Origin: Octopus sinensis
Lineage: Eukaryota
DNA length: 64,000 bases
NCBI RefSeq assembly: GCF_006345805.1
Contig: NC_043006.1
Coordinates: forward strand, 85,002,001-85,066,000
Direction of reading: 5' to 3'
Position 1 is the stretch's first letter. Each line of letters opens with the position of its first letter. The notes under the pieces were generated by a model. That model worked only from the letters and a program-made list of their open reading frames with translations. It was not told where the DNA came from and did not search any database. The position numbers and the translations under genes were made by a program. This document shows positions 27,467-41,455 of the stretch, in pieces.

Positions 27467-27648
27467 GTCACAGGTGCTAAGCTGTATCGGCCCTTGCCTT
27501 TCCCTTGGACAACATCGGTGACGTGGATAGGGGAGGCCGGTATGCATGGGCAACTGCTGGTCTTCCATAAAACAACCTTGCCCAGACTTGTGCCTCAGTG
27601 GGTAACTCTCTAGGTGCAAACCCATGGTCAGTGTCTGACCGAAGGGGT
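27467..27648 (+). mobile_element. SINE family K 3' part inserted in (TA)n
   Basis: Matches 43797-43978; ends gaccgaaggggtc. Confidence 0.8.
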
Positions 27649-27779
27649 CGCAATATATATATATATATATATATAATATATATATATATATGTATGTGTG
27701 TCTGTGTGTAACTCTTTAGCATTCAGATTACTCATGAATCTTGGGTATTGACATAAATAATATGATCATGAATATAAGT

Positions 27780-28173
27780 GGCCAAAATTGGGATCCTCTG
27801 AAGGGTTTTTGGAGTAACATTACTTGATATTTTATGGGGCTTGGTGATCAGAGAGGTGCTCCAAGCGGAGCTGCAATTCCTTCAAATTGAGAGATCACAG
27901 CTTCGATTCTGTGGTCATGTGGCAAGAATGTCAGGAAAAAGAATTGCTGGACAGGTTTTACAGGTAAAGCTAACTGGCAGGAGACCAAGTGGGTAGATCA
28001 TGAGCAAGATGGTTGGATAACAGTCATGAGCTTGGTTGGTTTTTGCCTGGTGGCATAGCCAGACCAATTGGAGACATTTGCCTCTCTGACACAACCCGAT
28101 GGAAAGCGTGCTTGGGAACTCTGTCCCCCCCCTCTCCAGCCCTCCAAGGATTAAATGAGCAAAGAGATGAGAT
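27780..28173 (+). mobile_element. RTE-clade LINE 3' fragment (degenerate)
   Basis: Translates to IERSQLRFCGHVARMSGKRIAGQVLQVKLTGRRPSG, the RTE C-terminal 'LRWxGHVxRM...GRRPRGRP' region; gagatgagatg tail. Confidence 0.8.
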
Positions 28174-28191
28174 GCTGGTATTTAATGATTG

Positions 28192-28428
28192 ATTCAAGGT
28201 GGCGAGCTGGCAGAAACGTTAGCACACTGGGCAAAATGCTTAGTGGTATTTCGTCTGCTGCTACGTTCTGAGTTCAAATTCCGCTGAGGTTGACTTTGCC
28301 TTTCATCCTTTCGAGGTCGATTAAACAAGTACCAGTTACGCACTGGGGTCGATGTAATCGACTTAATCCGTTTGTCTGTCCTTGTTTGTCCTCTCTGTGT
28401 TTAGCCCCTTGTGGGTAGTAAAGAAATA
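28192..28428 (+). mobile_element. SINE family M with 15-bp TSD
   Basis: TSD ggta(t/c)ttaatgattg at 28177-28191 and 28429-28443. Confidence 0.9.
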
Positions 28429-28922
28429 GGTACTTAATGATTGGAATCTCAGATTATCTGTCCTTCATTGCATGAGAAAACCTTAATTCAGACAAACAAT
28501 TTAGTACAAGTAGGTCACTATTAAAAGAGTTAATCTCATTCATTTCTCTCATCAGATTTGCATCACTTCTCTTCATTTCTATAATGGTATGCTGCTTATG
28601 TTTGTCTCTTTCTCTCTCCTATTTGGTCTCTCTCCCTTGTTCCCTTCTGCTCTCTCTATTTATCTCTCTCTTATCTCTCTTTAGTATTATTCATCATTCT
28701 CAATCTGTTAAACATGCTCTCTTTTTTTTTTTTATAGCTTTCTCATGTATGACTTGTCTTAAGATGCTTTAATCATAAATTATTTATAGCTAATTGTTTA
28801 GTCCCTGTCATCAATCTGTATCATCACTACTACCATCACACTGTAAAGTTTGAAGTATAAATTCAAATATATTCAAATTATATATTTCATTATTTTCCCA
28901 TATTGATTAAAGTAAATAAGTC

Positions 28923-28964
<42 letters not shown>

Positions 28965-29162
28965 ACAGTATATACATGTATGATATGTAATACTTAGACA
29001 TGGAAGAATTGGGAAAAATAAAAGGAACAATAGCAGAACAATGAACATATGAAACTTGTCTACATGGTGGGTCTCCTTTCTCTGTGTGTGTGAGTGTGTA
29101 CATACATATATACAGAGACAGAGAGAGCTGTAATTCTATTGCATATATCTTTACATGTACAT

Positions 29163-29290
<128 letters not shown>

Positions 29291-29310
29291 TATATGTCGG
29301 TGTGTGGGTG

Positions 29311-29533
29311 TAACTCTTTAGCATTCAGATTACTTTAATGCTTACTCAGATTTTTTAAAAAAATCAATCATGCATTGTTTCATAGCTTCAAGGTTTTGGT
29401 GATGAGATTGTTTATTTTTAGAATGACAGAAAGACATTGTAGGGTAGGTGTGATAGGTCAGATCTGGCTGGTTCGAACATACAAACAGAGACTATTTCAC
29501 CAGCTGTGGCTGGTTTAAATGTTAAAGGGTTAA
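29311..29533. mobile_element. piggyBac-like MITE family P1
   Basis: taactctttagcatt ... aatgttaaagggttaa. Confidence 0.75.
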
Positions 29534-29552
29534 TTAGGTCATCTCATTTGTA

Positions 29553-29616
<64 letters not shown>

Positions 29617-29618
<2 letters not shown>

Positions 29619-29772
29619 TTTCTTTCCTTGTTTCTTTCTGTGTTCCTTTCTGTGGAAGAGCGTAGGCTCGAAACCTAAAAGACTTTTCCAATTCCCGAGT
29701 GTGATACTAATGCGTCTGTTTGTGTTCTACACCACCTGTCTTCGTCTTTTGTTTTTTTTGTGAATTCTCCCT
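29617..29772 (+). mobile_element. Short repeat family H2 in (TA)n with hammerhead-like motif
   Basis: CTTT-CTGTGGA-A-GAGC-GTAG-GCTC-GAA-ACCT-A-AAAG at 29646-29681; paralogous to 30745-30913. Confidence 0.7.
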
Positions 29773-29782
29773 ATATATATAT

Positions 29783-30012
29783 ATCATCATCATTTAACGT
29801 CCGCTTTCCATGCTAGCATGGGTTGGATGTACGACAGAGGGCTGGCGAACCAGATGGTTGCACCAGGCTTCAATCTTGATCTGGCAGAGTTTCTACAGAT
29901 GGATGCCCTTCCTAACGCCAACCACTCTGAGAGTGTAGTGGGTGCTTTTACGTGCCACTGGCACGGGGCCAGTCAGGCGGCACTGGTAACGATCACACTC
30001 GAATGGTGCTCT
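29783..30012 (-). mobile_element. Retroposon family R
   Basis: (CAT)n then ttaacgtccgctttccatgctagcatgggttgg. Confidence 0.8.
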
Positions 30013-30744
30013 TAATACCATACACACACGCATGCACACACATATACAATTATATCATCTTGTATAATCCTGTGTGTGTATACACACATGTACAAGCACA
30101 TATATTATAATAATTGCATCATTGTGTGTATACCTACACATATACATTGTGTCGAGGTGTATAATTTTATGATATATATGTCTATAGATGTATATATAAC
30201 TTGTATTACAACCACTTTGCAATCACATCCTGCAATACCATGTACCTGGTTTTGGTCATTCAGGTATATCTAATGAGGTATCTTTTCACCTGTTTGAACT
30301 TATTTTTTATAAATTTTCTATATAGCATTATCAGACTTTATTTATTTAGTTGTCTCATTTGGGTTTTGAACATCAAAGTCAAAATCAATCAGATACAATC
30401 AGCTGTATTGGTACTCACCTATTGATCTTGCCTTTTATCTAAAAATTTTCCTGTTCTATCATCCACCTTCTCTGATTCTCTCGTTCTCTTACTCGTCAGC
30501 TTGCATATTTTCTCTCTCTCTCTCATTTATCTGCTCCATCTCTCAAACCATGTCCTTACTTCCCATCTCTTGTTGCCTCTTACTTCCACTCCTTGCTGTC
30601 TCTGCTCTCTAACTCACCCATTTCCTTTACTGCTCACCTCTCAAACCATCTCCACTTTGTAAATATTTACATATATGATCATATTACGTGTGTGTATGTA
30701 TATCTATGAATGTATGTATATATATATATGTGTGTGTGTGCATA

Positions 30745-30913
30745 GCCACTACACACATTTTTTTCTGTCCTTGTTTTTTCTGTGTCCCTTTCTGTAGAGG
30801 AGCATAGGCTCGAAACGTAAAAGACTTTTTCTATTCCTGAGCGTTATACTAATACATCTGTTTGTTTTGTACACCACCTGTCTTTGTCTTTTGTTTTTTT
30901 CGTAAACTCTCCC
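30745..30913 (+). mobile_element. Short repeat family H2, second copy, with hammerhead-like motif
   Basis: CTTT-CTGTAGA-G-GAGC-ATAG-GCTC-GAA-ACGT-A-AAAG at 30788-30823. Confidence 0.72.
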
Positions 30914-33452
30914 TATGTATATATATATATCATCTGTTTTCTATGCTGGCATGGGTTGGACAGTTTGACCAGAGCTGGCAAACCAGAAAGCTGCACCAGG
31001 TTCCAGTGTGATTTGGCTTGGTTTCTGTGGCTGGGTGCCCTTTCTAATGCCAACCACTTTATAGTGTGCCGGGTGCTTTCAACATGGTACTAGCATAAGC
31101 AATTCTAAGTGCTTTTTACATGGCACTGGCATAAAGTTCAATTTGTAGCAAGAAATGCTGATTCCAGTGGTAGGTGTATAGTGTACCAAAAGTTCATATA
31201 CATAGGGACATGTATGAATCTGGTTGCAGTCTAAAGACGTTGGCACCAGATTTCATTTGAGAGGTAGGGAATGATAATAATAATAATGATATATAATGGA
31301 CAATACATTTTGGAGTCATCATAATTAAAAGATTTTTCAGAATAAAGTATAGCCTGTCATAACATTCTCTTTGGCAAAAAAAAAATGTTTTGTATATTTT
31401 ATTTATTTTTGTATGTGTGATATTTTTTGTTTTAAAACCTTGCTTCTAAGTTGACTAAAAAGAGAAAAGGAAAAAGAGAAGTGCATTTGACATCTACTTT
31501 ATTGCGTATTTGTACAAAAAAACTCTTAAAAACACAATTCTCAGCAAAATATCCATCCACTGACGTAGAGATGGTCATTAAAAGGACTTAAAGTTTGGTT
31601 AAATATTATGTTGCATAAATAAAATATCTCTTATGTCGATTGTGACTTTCTGCTTCAATGATACATACATATATATATATAAGTACTGTAGCTAATTTTT
31701 CTCAGTCATTTCCTTGTATGGTACCTTTGTTGTTCAGGAAATCTAAAGTACCCCAGTAGAAAGCTTTCATTATGAAGATTCAAAATAATTTTCCTCGTTT
31801 TTTTTGTGTTTTTTTTTTTTTTGTGTGTGTCTTCTACTTTAGCCTCAGGCCGACCAAAGCCTTGTGAGTGGATTTGGTAGACAGAAAGCTCATCGTATAT
31901 ATATGTATGTATTTGTGTATGTCCCCCCACCATTGCTTGACAACTGATGTTGGTATGTTTATGTTCCTATAACTTAGTGGTTCAGCAACAGACACCAATA
32001 GAATAAGTTTACAAAGATGGTGGGGAAACACACACATGACAAGCTTCTTTCAGTTTCCGTCTACCAATGGTTGGCCCAAGGCTATAGAAGACACTTCCCC
32101 AAGGTGCCATGCAGAGGGACTGAAGCTGAAACCCCACCTGCACCTATGATATAAACTTCCTGTTTTAAAGTGACCGAAATTAAAATTTCCATCTGAATTT
32201 CGTTTTAATTCATGTTCCAAACATCAGCTTAATAGTGATTTAAAGCTATTTTATTTAATTCTTCGTGATTTTCAAACTAAAGTGAAATAAAAGCAGCATA
32301 GTTTCAACAGAAATGTGATCTCATAACAAAAGGTTTAATGTTCTCAAAGACTTTGAATAAGAGAAAACGGTGTAGTTCACATCTGGTTTTGTTTGATTGC
32401 AAATCCCTTTATAATTTTTCATTAAAAAAAAAAGTCTGTGAATTTTACCATGGGTGCACATGCATGCATTCATGTATGGCAGATTTCTCATTCATGGATG
32501 TACTATGTCTTCTAGTAGGTTAAAGTGCCATAACCAAAATCTTCATATCCACCCTCCCACACACACGGTCACACACACATGCACTCTTCCTTTTTATGAT
32601 GAGATTAGCAAAACGAAATCTTCAGCTAACTTAAGATCTCTCCAAATCACCAATTACACTCGACTACAGTAGCACCATGCTGGCCAATTAATTAAACAAC
32701 CGATCAATGTGGGTGGCGGCGGCGGGGGTGATGAGGGTGATGGTGATGGCGACAGTGGTGCCGGTGATGGAGACCTGTTGATGATTCCGTATCGTATGAA
32801 CCAGCCATCTCAGACTTTTTGTAGTTTTTAAGTGCAGTTATCTGTCGTTTCTGCTTTCATCAGTACCACTGCACCTCCCCCCCCCCCGCTCTCTCTCTCT
32901 CTCCCTCCTCTCCTGCCATCACCGTTGAAATCCAGCTGCATTCTTTAAGTGACTGATCAGCTGCTGCAGTGGTTTTTATCTGCTCTGATGCAATTGCTGC
33001 AACCACCCCTCCCCCCCGCTTTCTCTGCTCCCCCCCCCCACTTCCCCCACAGCTATTTTCAATGCATTTTTATGTCAGAAACCAAAGAATGCAGAAGCTA
33101 GTACAGCACCACCACTAACCCCCCCCCCCACACACACACACACCCATGCCCAATCTCTCTTTATTTTTCCATGCACCCTCGTTAACTCTGTGTCTCAATC
33201 TCTATGGTATATCTCTTACTCTTTTCTCCACCAGCCTTGTCTTTCTCTCTTCCATCTTTCATGTTCCATCTACACTCTACTTATTCACTTTGCTCTCTCT
33301 CTCTCTCTCTCTCTCTCCATATATAACACTGTATCACTCTTGTTCTCTCGTCACAGATCTATGTCAGGAAATCTAAGTTTCGAAATAAGAAGAATGGAAT
33401 CCACCTGAAAAAAAAATATATATATATATATATATACTGATAGCTTGTAAAG

Positions 33453-33501
<49 letters not shown>

Positions 33502-33741
33502 TGTGTACATGTGTTTTATTCATATTAGGTGTTCATCATCAACATCTCGAATGTTCCCTGCTCACCCATTCCACATTGCTATCCCAGCAGCCCTTGGCTT
33601 GACGTAATAAGGTGCTAGTTGTCAGAGAGGCTTTTAATATTGATTTTGTTTCATCTCATAAGGTTTACTACCCCTCTCTCTCTCTCTTTTTCTCACTCTC
33701 TGTCATCTCTTCCTCACCTCTCTCTCACTATATATATATAT

Positions 33742-33774
<33 letters not shown>

Positions 33775-34440
33775 GTGTGTGTATATATATATGTTACATA
33801 ATACAATAGCAGGAATGATACATCTAAAGCACATACCAAGATCTCTGCAGGCACGTGCTTCTAGTAATGTAATGTTAGTGACAGGGTGGGATGTGCTTGC
33901 AGGTGAGGTGGGCGAGTATGTGTATCGGAGTGGGTAGGTGGTGTTTCACTGGGGGGGATGACAGTGCATCCTAACAATGGTGGCAGTGGTGGTGGTGGTG
34001 GGCAGTGGTGGCAGGAGATAAAAAGAAGAAATGGCAGCTGAATGAAAGAAAGAGGGTGAAGAATTATCCTACATGTATGTGGTGTGATGGAAGTGGTTGT
34101 TAATGTGGGAAATGTGGGGCAGGAATCAGTACGGATTGAAGTTAATGTTGTTGTTTAAGCCCAGCTCAACCCCAGTAGAGAAGATCTATGATTAATGACA
34201 TTCCTATCATGACCATCCCCTTTCAATTTTATTTTTCTTTGTCCTATGTGCTACAAACCTAGGATCACATGCAACATGTCCTTTTTTTATAAGAAACTTT
34301 ATTTTTGAAATAAGAGGAATGAAATACTCTACAAAAGAAGGAATGAGCATTGATAGTTTCTTCTCTCTCTCTTTCACTTTGTCTGTCTATCTATCTATAA
34401 TGTCTGTCTGTATATGTATAATTATATAATGTTCATATAT

Positions 34441-34600
34441 CCGCCAAGGTCGACTTTGCCTTTCATCCTCTCGGGGTCGATAAATAAAGTACCAATTTCG
34501 CACTGGGTCGATATAATTAAATAATCTGTTATAATTAATCTGTTTGTCTGTCCTCATTTGTCTCCTCTATGTTTAGCCCCTTGTGGGTAGTAAAGAAATA
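34441..34600 (+). mobile_element. SINE family M, 5'-truncated, with TSD
   Basis: tatataatgttc(a/g)tat on both flanks. Confidence 0.85.
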
Positions 34601-34838
34601 TATATAATGTTCGTATGTATATGTACCATCATTTTTGTAAGATTTATTTCCAGAAGCAAAATGTCATTTGATGTATTTAAATACTTAATTTAGTATTTAC
34701 TATACATGCTTTCTGCAGATCTTAATGATTCAATGCATTTGGGTATCATACTAATGACTAGTGTTTACATACAATGAGGGATGTCTATTTATTTTTGGTG
34801 TGTATGTGTAAACACCTTCATTTCCATGCTTACATACC

Positions 34839-35044
34839 TTAACCCTTTTGTTACTGTATTTATTTTGAGATACCCTGTTTTTCTATCAATTACTTTAAGT
34901 ATAACCAAGAATTTAGTAACAGTGTTAGGAACATAAATTGTGTCTAAGGTTTGGTGGAAGATTTTAATTCAAAACTTATGAAAACAAGACATTTGTACTC
35001 AGAGCCAGAGCCAGTTTCAGCCGAGTTGGTAACGAAAGGGTTAA
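34839..35044. mobile_element. piggyBac-like MITE family P2 (relatives near 5805-5960, 16220-16313, 32150-32337, 51110-51330, 62691-62903)
   Basis: TTAA|cccttttgttac ... gtaacgaaaggg|TTAA: CCC/GGG termini and TTAA TSD. Confidence 0.85.
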
Positions 35045-35960
35045 TGGGTCAGACAGAATTCATTGAGGCAGCTTTTATAGGGTTGAATACCTTTCCTGAC
35101 ACCAACCCTCACTCATTTCCAAGCAAAGTAATAATCTCTAAGTCTATCGAATAATAAACAGCCCAGACCCCTGGTTACATGGAGTCTTCCAAATGACAGA
35201 GGTGCATGTTTGTATATAACACTGGTGTGCATATTTTCACATTTGTTTATGTGTGTGTGTATGATTCAAGGGAGACTTGGGATGCTATTTTTAGCATATT
35301 GTGCAACCATTTAGAGGCTCTGTAGTAGGAAAGTGAGGAATAGCTTGTGTGTATGTGTGTGTGTTGTATAGGAAATATGAGGTGGTGGGTGTGGAGTTAG
35401 AGAAATGAGTTGAGTACAAGTCCTCTCTCTCTATATTCCCTGACCAAAATCAGTTGAGCAAACAAAGCTGTATTGATTTTTATTCACAGCCTGTTATTGT
35501 CATTGTTTAGTCTGAGGTCAGCCTTTGATTGAGCGGAGTTATGATCAAAAGCATTCCAACTGTGACCATCCAATCTTTTTCTTGCATGTTCTTTCTTTCT
35601 TTTTTTTTTATCATGTTATGATATTATTTGAGAGATATTTGGTTCCTGCTTTTTGCAAGTCAAGCAATGCATAGAACCTCCATACACACATACATAGATG
35701 CAAGCCTGGCAGTGTGATAAGAAGTTTGCTTCCCAACCTCATGGTCCCAAGTTCAGTCCTACTGTGTAGCACCTTGGGCTACTATAGCCTCAGGCAACTA
35801 ATGCCTTGTGTATGGATTTGATGTGTGTGTGCGTATATATGTGTGTGAGAGAAGTTTGTGTCTGTCCACCACCACCACCACTTGAAACTGGTGTTGATGT
35901 ATTTGCATCCTGCTAACTTGATGGTTTGGCAAAAGTGACCAATAGAATAAGTACCAGACT

Positions 35961-36188
35961 TTAACCCTTTAGCATTCAAACTGGCCATATCTGGCCAAAA
36001 TATTTAACCTGTTTTATATTGAAACTGACCAGATCTCACTTCTCACCTCAGCTCTACCATGTCATTCTAAAACTAAAAAATAGCATCACTGAAATCTCTA
36101 AACTACAAGATAATGCAGGATTAATTCAAAACAATATAAATGAACAAATATCACATTTGACAGAATAATCTGAACACTAAAGGCTTAA
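35961..36188. mobile_element. piggyBac-like MITE family P1 nested in a family C SINE (35697-36260)
   Basis: TTAA|ccctttagcattc ... gaacactaaaggc|TTAA. Confidence 0.85.
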
Positions 36189-36848
36189 ACAAAAAACTAA
36201 AAATTCTTCAAGGCAGTACCCCAGCGTGGCTGCTGTCTAATAACTGAAATAAATAAGAGAAAAAAAATATGTATATAATTATGTTTGCAATACATATTCA
36301 ACAGAAAAAATGAAAAAAAAAAAAAAAGACTTGCAGACTGTAATAGTCTATAAAATAGAATTTAAAATTTATTCTTTGTGTGTGACTTGGTTCTGGTCTG
36401 CAGCTTGTTGGCTGAGAACCCATGTTTTACGGTCTGAATTCAAATTTCACCAGAGACAAAGGAAACTTTTTTACGTGTTCGATCTGTCTGAGGTGCGTGG
36501 GAGTTATTGATAAAATAAAATACTACTGAAGTTCTGAATCAACTGGATCAATATAACTGAATATATACATATATATATATACTCATACACACATGCACAC
36601 TCACTCTTTGTTCTTAATGTTTGATTTTCTACCTACATAACAAAACACATTGATATTAGTGTCGGAATTTTAGAGGGCTGTAATGTGCCACACTATGGTG
36701 GCAGATGGTCGACAGGACTCGTATGATGGATAATATGATTGTGTTAAAGGCCTTGTATAAGAATTATATTTGTATACTCAATTAATAGGTTACATGTGTG
36801 TGTGGGTGGATGTTAAAGATCCTTTTGAAATATATGAATTGCAGTTAT

Positions 36849-36881
<33 letters not shown>

Positions 36882-37435
36882 AGCTGTCACTTGTAATTGA
36901 GGATGGCTTGGTGGTATGGACCTTGCTTTTGCTATTTGTTTTAGGTAAGGCAACAAGCTAGTAGAATTGTTGACCTGCCAGAAAAAATTCTTAGCAGAAT
37001 ATTTTTCTGGCTTTACATTCTGAGTTCAGATGTTGACTCTGCCGTTTCTCTTTTCTGGTTCAATAAAGTAAGTACCAGTTGAGTGCTGGGATAGATGCAA
37101 TTGACTAGACTCATCCCCACGAAATATCAACCTTTTTTAATACCTTTTTTTCAAATCAGCCAAATCTGGCCTCATACTCCCAACCTTACAATGTCATTCT
37201 AAAAATAAACAATCACATCATTGAAACCTCGAAGTTACAAAATGATGCATGATTAATTCAAAGCATTTCCATTTGATAGAATAATCTGAATACTAAAGGG
37301 TTTAACCCAGTGGAACATTTAGAATATGACAACCAGGAAAAGAGAGAGTCCTGTAACTAGCACTAGGCTGGTACCAGGGCTGTAGAGTGTGCATGCCAAA
37401 TCTTCAGCTCTTATTTCTGAAAATGGATTTTTTTC

Positions 37436-37833
37436 CCCTACTTTTTTCAGTCAGTAGATTGTGGCCATACGGGGGCACTGCCTTGAATTTTTAGTCAAAT
37501 GAATCGACCCCAGAACTTGTTTTTTCAAAAAGCATGGTACTTATTTTATCTGTCTCTTTGGGTGAGCCACTAAGTTACAGGGATGCAAACACACCAACAC
37601 CAGTTGTCAAGCAGTGGTGGGGGAACAAACACAGACACAAAGACACACACATACATATAGATATGCATATGCAAGGCAGGCTTCTTTCAGTTTCCATCTA
37701 CTAAATCCACTCACAATGCTTTGGTTGACCGAGGCTATATTAAAAGACACTTGCCCAAGGTGTGCCACATGGTGAGACTGAACTTAGAACCATGTGGTTG
37801 GGAAGCAAGCTTCTTACCACACAGCCATGCCTG
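37436..37833 (-). mobile_element. SINE family C, full length
   Basis: Tail to head continuous, ending cttaccacacagccatgcctg. Confidence 0.85.
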
Positions 37834-38898
37834 AACATGTAAAACTACTTAACAAAATTCATTTTGAAAGAAATTAGTTTGGTTTTACAATCCTCGTTAG
37901 AACAAATGCAACAATGCGTTGTAGTAAGATGTTCCAAATGACTTTTCCAATTAACCACCTTTTGATTAAAAGTAGTCTAGGATGGAAATACAGAGACATT
38001 AATGCCTTACTACTACTACTACTTCTATTATTATATTGTTGCTGCTTTGGTTTTTACACATTCCTCTCGTTTTTAGATTTCTATTATAATGTGGGATTCA
38101 ATTTGGAAATTTGGAGGAAAGAACTGAATAAACTTAATTTAAAGGAACCAGAAAAAGAAAGAACGATGTAAGATGGGTGCTTATGAAAGAAATACGAGTT
38201 TGAGGAATTTAAAAAAAGAAAAATACCGTATAATGTTGATTTGGTTTTGTTATTCACTCATTCCTTTTGAAAAATAAATCTAAATCCTTGACTTTTATGC
38301 TATGAACTTGTAAGAAATGGTGGGGGGGGGGGACAAATATTAAAAAATATAAATAAATAAATAAATACAAACATATCTTGTACTTAAAGACTAATTAATT
38401 TTTGTTGAATCATCATTGATGTTTTGTCATCATTTTTCACAGGGTCCCCCCCCTCAGCCAGTTTACCATTTGTGCTTTGGAGTTAAATAGATTTGGAGGA
38501 TTACTCCATTCGATCATAGCGTGTTTTATCTGTGTGACTCATGTAGGAATTCTCCCTCATGTTTCATTTTATATTTGTCATATATAGCAATAGGGTTGTT
38601 CTACTTTTTGTCTCACTTCAGTAAGAGTTTTAAGTGTTCTAAGCGTTGTTGTTGTGGTGGTGGAGGAGGGGGGGATTCTCTCGTTTGTTTTCTAACTGTA
38701 TTGCTGTTGTTGTCATATACAATACCGATTCTGAACTGTTGTTGTTGTTTTTTTTTTAATTCATCGGAACATTACACAAGTGATGCAATTATATTTTCTT
38801 TGTGAATCTCTTCTATTCACTCAATCTCATTTAGATGAATGATCATAGCTCTATTAAGTTAAATATTCTATCATCTCATGGCTCTGATTTTTTCTGTG

Positions 38899-38945
<47 letters not shown>

Positions 38946-39499
38946 TATGTTATCATTTTGTGTCTGTTATCCATACTGGCATAGATTAGACAGTTTGAGT
39001 GGAACTGGTAAGCCAAAGAGATCCACCAGGCTCCAGCCTGATTTTGCTTGGTTTCTATATCTGGATATTCTTTGTTGACACCAACCACTCCACCACAGAG
39101 TGTACTGAGTGCCTTCTACATGTCACCAGAGATTTCTTTTCCTTCTTTGGACTTTTCACTGAGCGTCAAGCTGATAATATATCTTCTGCACGTCCTCTTG
39201 CTGACCATTAATTTTACTCATTTATATGAATTGACTAATATATATATATATATATCCCTCTCTCTCTTTCGGAGAGGCACTGAGCAGCTATACGCACACA
39301 TACACACACAGCAGTAACTTCCACCTACCGAATTCAATCACAAAGCTCCGGTTGACTCAGGGCTGTAGTGGAAGACACCTACCCAAATAGTCAATAAATG
39401 TGCGTGTATATATATATATATGAAAGATAGGCTCATTTCCTCTCTGTTTTCCATGCTAATATATATGTGTATAATCAGTATAGTCATCATTCAATGTCC

Positions 39500-39819
39500 A
39501 CTGAACCCCAGGACTTATCCTTTGTAAGCCTAGTATTTATTCTATCGATCTCTTTTGCCAAACCACTAAGATATGGGGGTGTAAGCACACCAACATCGGT
39601 TGTCAAGCACTGGTGGGGGACAGACACACACAAACACACACACATATATGTATATGCAATGGGCTCCTTTCAGTTTCTGCCTACCAAATCCACTCACAAG
39701 GCTTTGGTTGGCCTGAGGCTATAGTAGCTGACACTTGCCCAACGTGTCACACAGAGGAACTGAACATGGAACCATGTGGTTGGTAAGCAAGCTTCTTACC
39801 ACACAGCCACTCCTATGCC
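39500..39819 (-). mobile_element. SINE family C
   Basis: Ends cttaccacacagccactcctatgcc. Confidence 0.85.
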
Positions 39820-40268
39820 TTTATATTTATACTCATGTATCTTTGTGTTTGTTCCTCACTATAATTTGACAAAAGGTGTTGGTTTGATTACTGTCTTGTA
39901 ATTTCGTGGTTCTGCAAAAAGAGACTGATCGAATAAGTAACAGTCTTTAAAAAAATGTAATTACTGGGGTTGATTTGTTTGACTAAACTTTTCAAGACAA
40001 TGCTCCAGCATGGCTACAGTCCAGTGACCGAATCATGTAAAAGACAAAATATACATGGCAGTTGTGTATATTTATTGTTATTTAAACCTACTCAGAGGCA
40101 TTCTGAACATGACACTTCCCATGTTTTTATACAACTCAAATTACATTTCCTGTGCCCTTTCCTTTTTTTTTTTTGTTATTTCTAAGACAGTAGGCATGGC
40201 TGTATTAAGACGTTTGCTTACCAATTACATGGTTTTAGGTTCTGTCCCATTGCGAGTTTCTTTAGTGT

Positions 40269-40560
40269 CATCCAACCAAAGTACAAATATATGGGAAACT
40301 ACCACCTGTATCATCTCTTGTGAAAGGTAGAAGAGTCCCGTTTGCTGGACATTGTTGTAGAGCTGAAAACAAGGTAATTTCTACTCTTCTCCTCTGGAAG
40401 CTCACGATACCAGAGGGCGCACACTCTCCTACCCTGATGTAATCTCCAGGGATACAGGCATCCAGCAACAGGACCTCTGTAATGCTTTGATGGACCGTGA
40501 AGTCTGGCATAACATAGTAAATTCCACTGTGTCGACCACGGTCGAACAATGATGATGATG
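40269..40560 (+). mobile_element. RTE/RTEX-type LINE 3' end (ORF C-terminus with one frameshift, (GAT)n tail)
   Basis: HPTKVQIYGKLPPVSSLVKGRRVPFAGHCCRAENKVISTLLLWK / DTRGRTLSYPDVISRDTGIQQQDLCNALMDREVWHNIVNSTVSTTVEQ* then tgatgatg. Confidence 0.82.
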
Positions 40561-41159
40561 GGTGGTTTGGAAACAAACTTCTTACCACACAGCCACTCAT
40601 TTTCTTCTGAACTTCTACACTTTAAAGTTGTTTAACCTAATTATCATTCAATTCTTTGGTAATTAATCTCCAGCAATTGATTTTAATATACTGAACTCTG
40701 CATAATTTCAGAGAATTTTGTTACTTTATTCCATGAGGTGTAAAATTTATCACATACAGCATTATATTTTATTATAATTCTATACTCTTGTTGTTCTTAT
40801 CATCATCATCATTATTATTGTGTCTATAAATTCAGAATTCCATAATTTGACACCCTAATTGCAATAACCATTTAGTCATGCAAGGAGTGCATTTCTTGGA
40901 TGCAATCAACTCTCATATTATTTAGCTGCTGCAACTAAATATGCCAAACACTCACACATGAGGGAGTCTTTATGCAGTAACTTGACCTGCTAGAAATAGT
41001 AAGTTTTCCTAAATTACATCCTCCTATTCTTAAAGAGAAGGAGTAAGGATTTATTAAATAATGTAGTCTTAAATATATAAACAACAAAACAGAGATGATA
41101 GTTAAGGCTGAAACACTTATGATCATCATAACTAAGCTCAGGTTAAATCACACTCACAC

Positions 41160-41320
41160 CATTCTACTATAGGTACAAGGCCTGAAATTTTGTGGGAGGG
41201 AACTAGTCAAAACTAGTACTGATAGTTTTATCAATTGTGAAAAGACAAAAGGCAAAGTTGACCTTAGCAGAATTTGAAGTCAGAATGTAAAGACAGATGA
41301 AATACTACTAAACATCTTCA
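41160..41320 (-). mobile_element. SINE family M, the only clear minus-strand copy
   Basis: aaaggcaaagttgacct...gaatttgaagtcagaatg. Confidence 0.7.
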
Positions 41321-41455
41321 TGTGCATTTATAATAACACATTGTGTTCCACCTTTGATTTTATATATATATGTTTGCGTGTATAATATAATGAGAAATAA
41401 GAATGGGGTGAGTTAGTCATTTTACTACTTTAATTTACAATTGTTTCATCTTATA

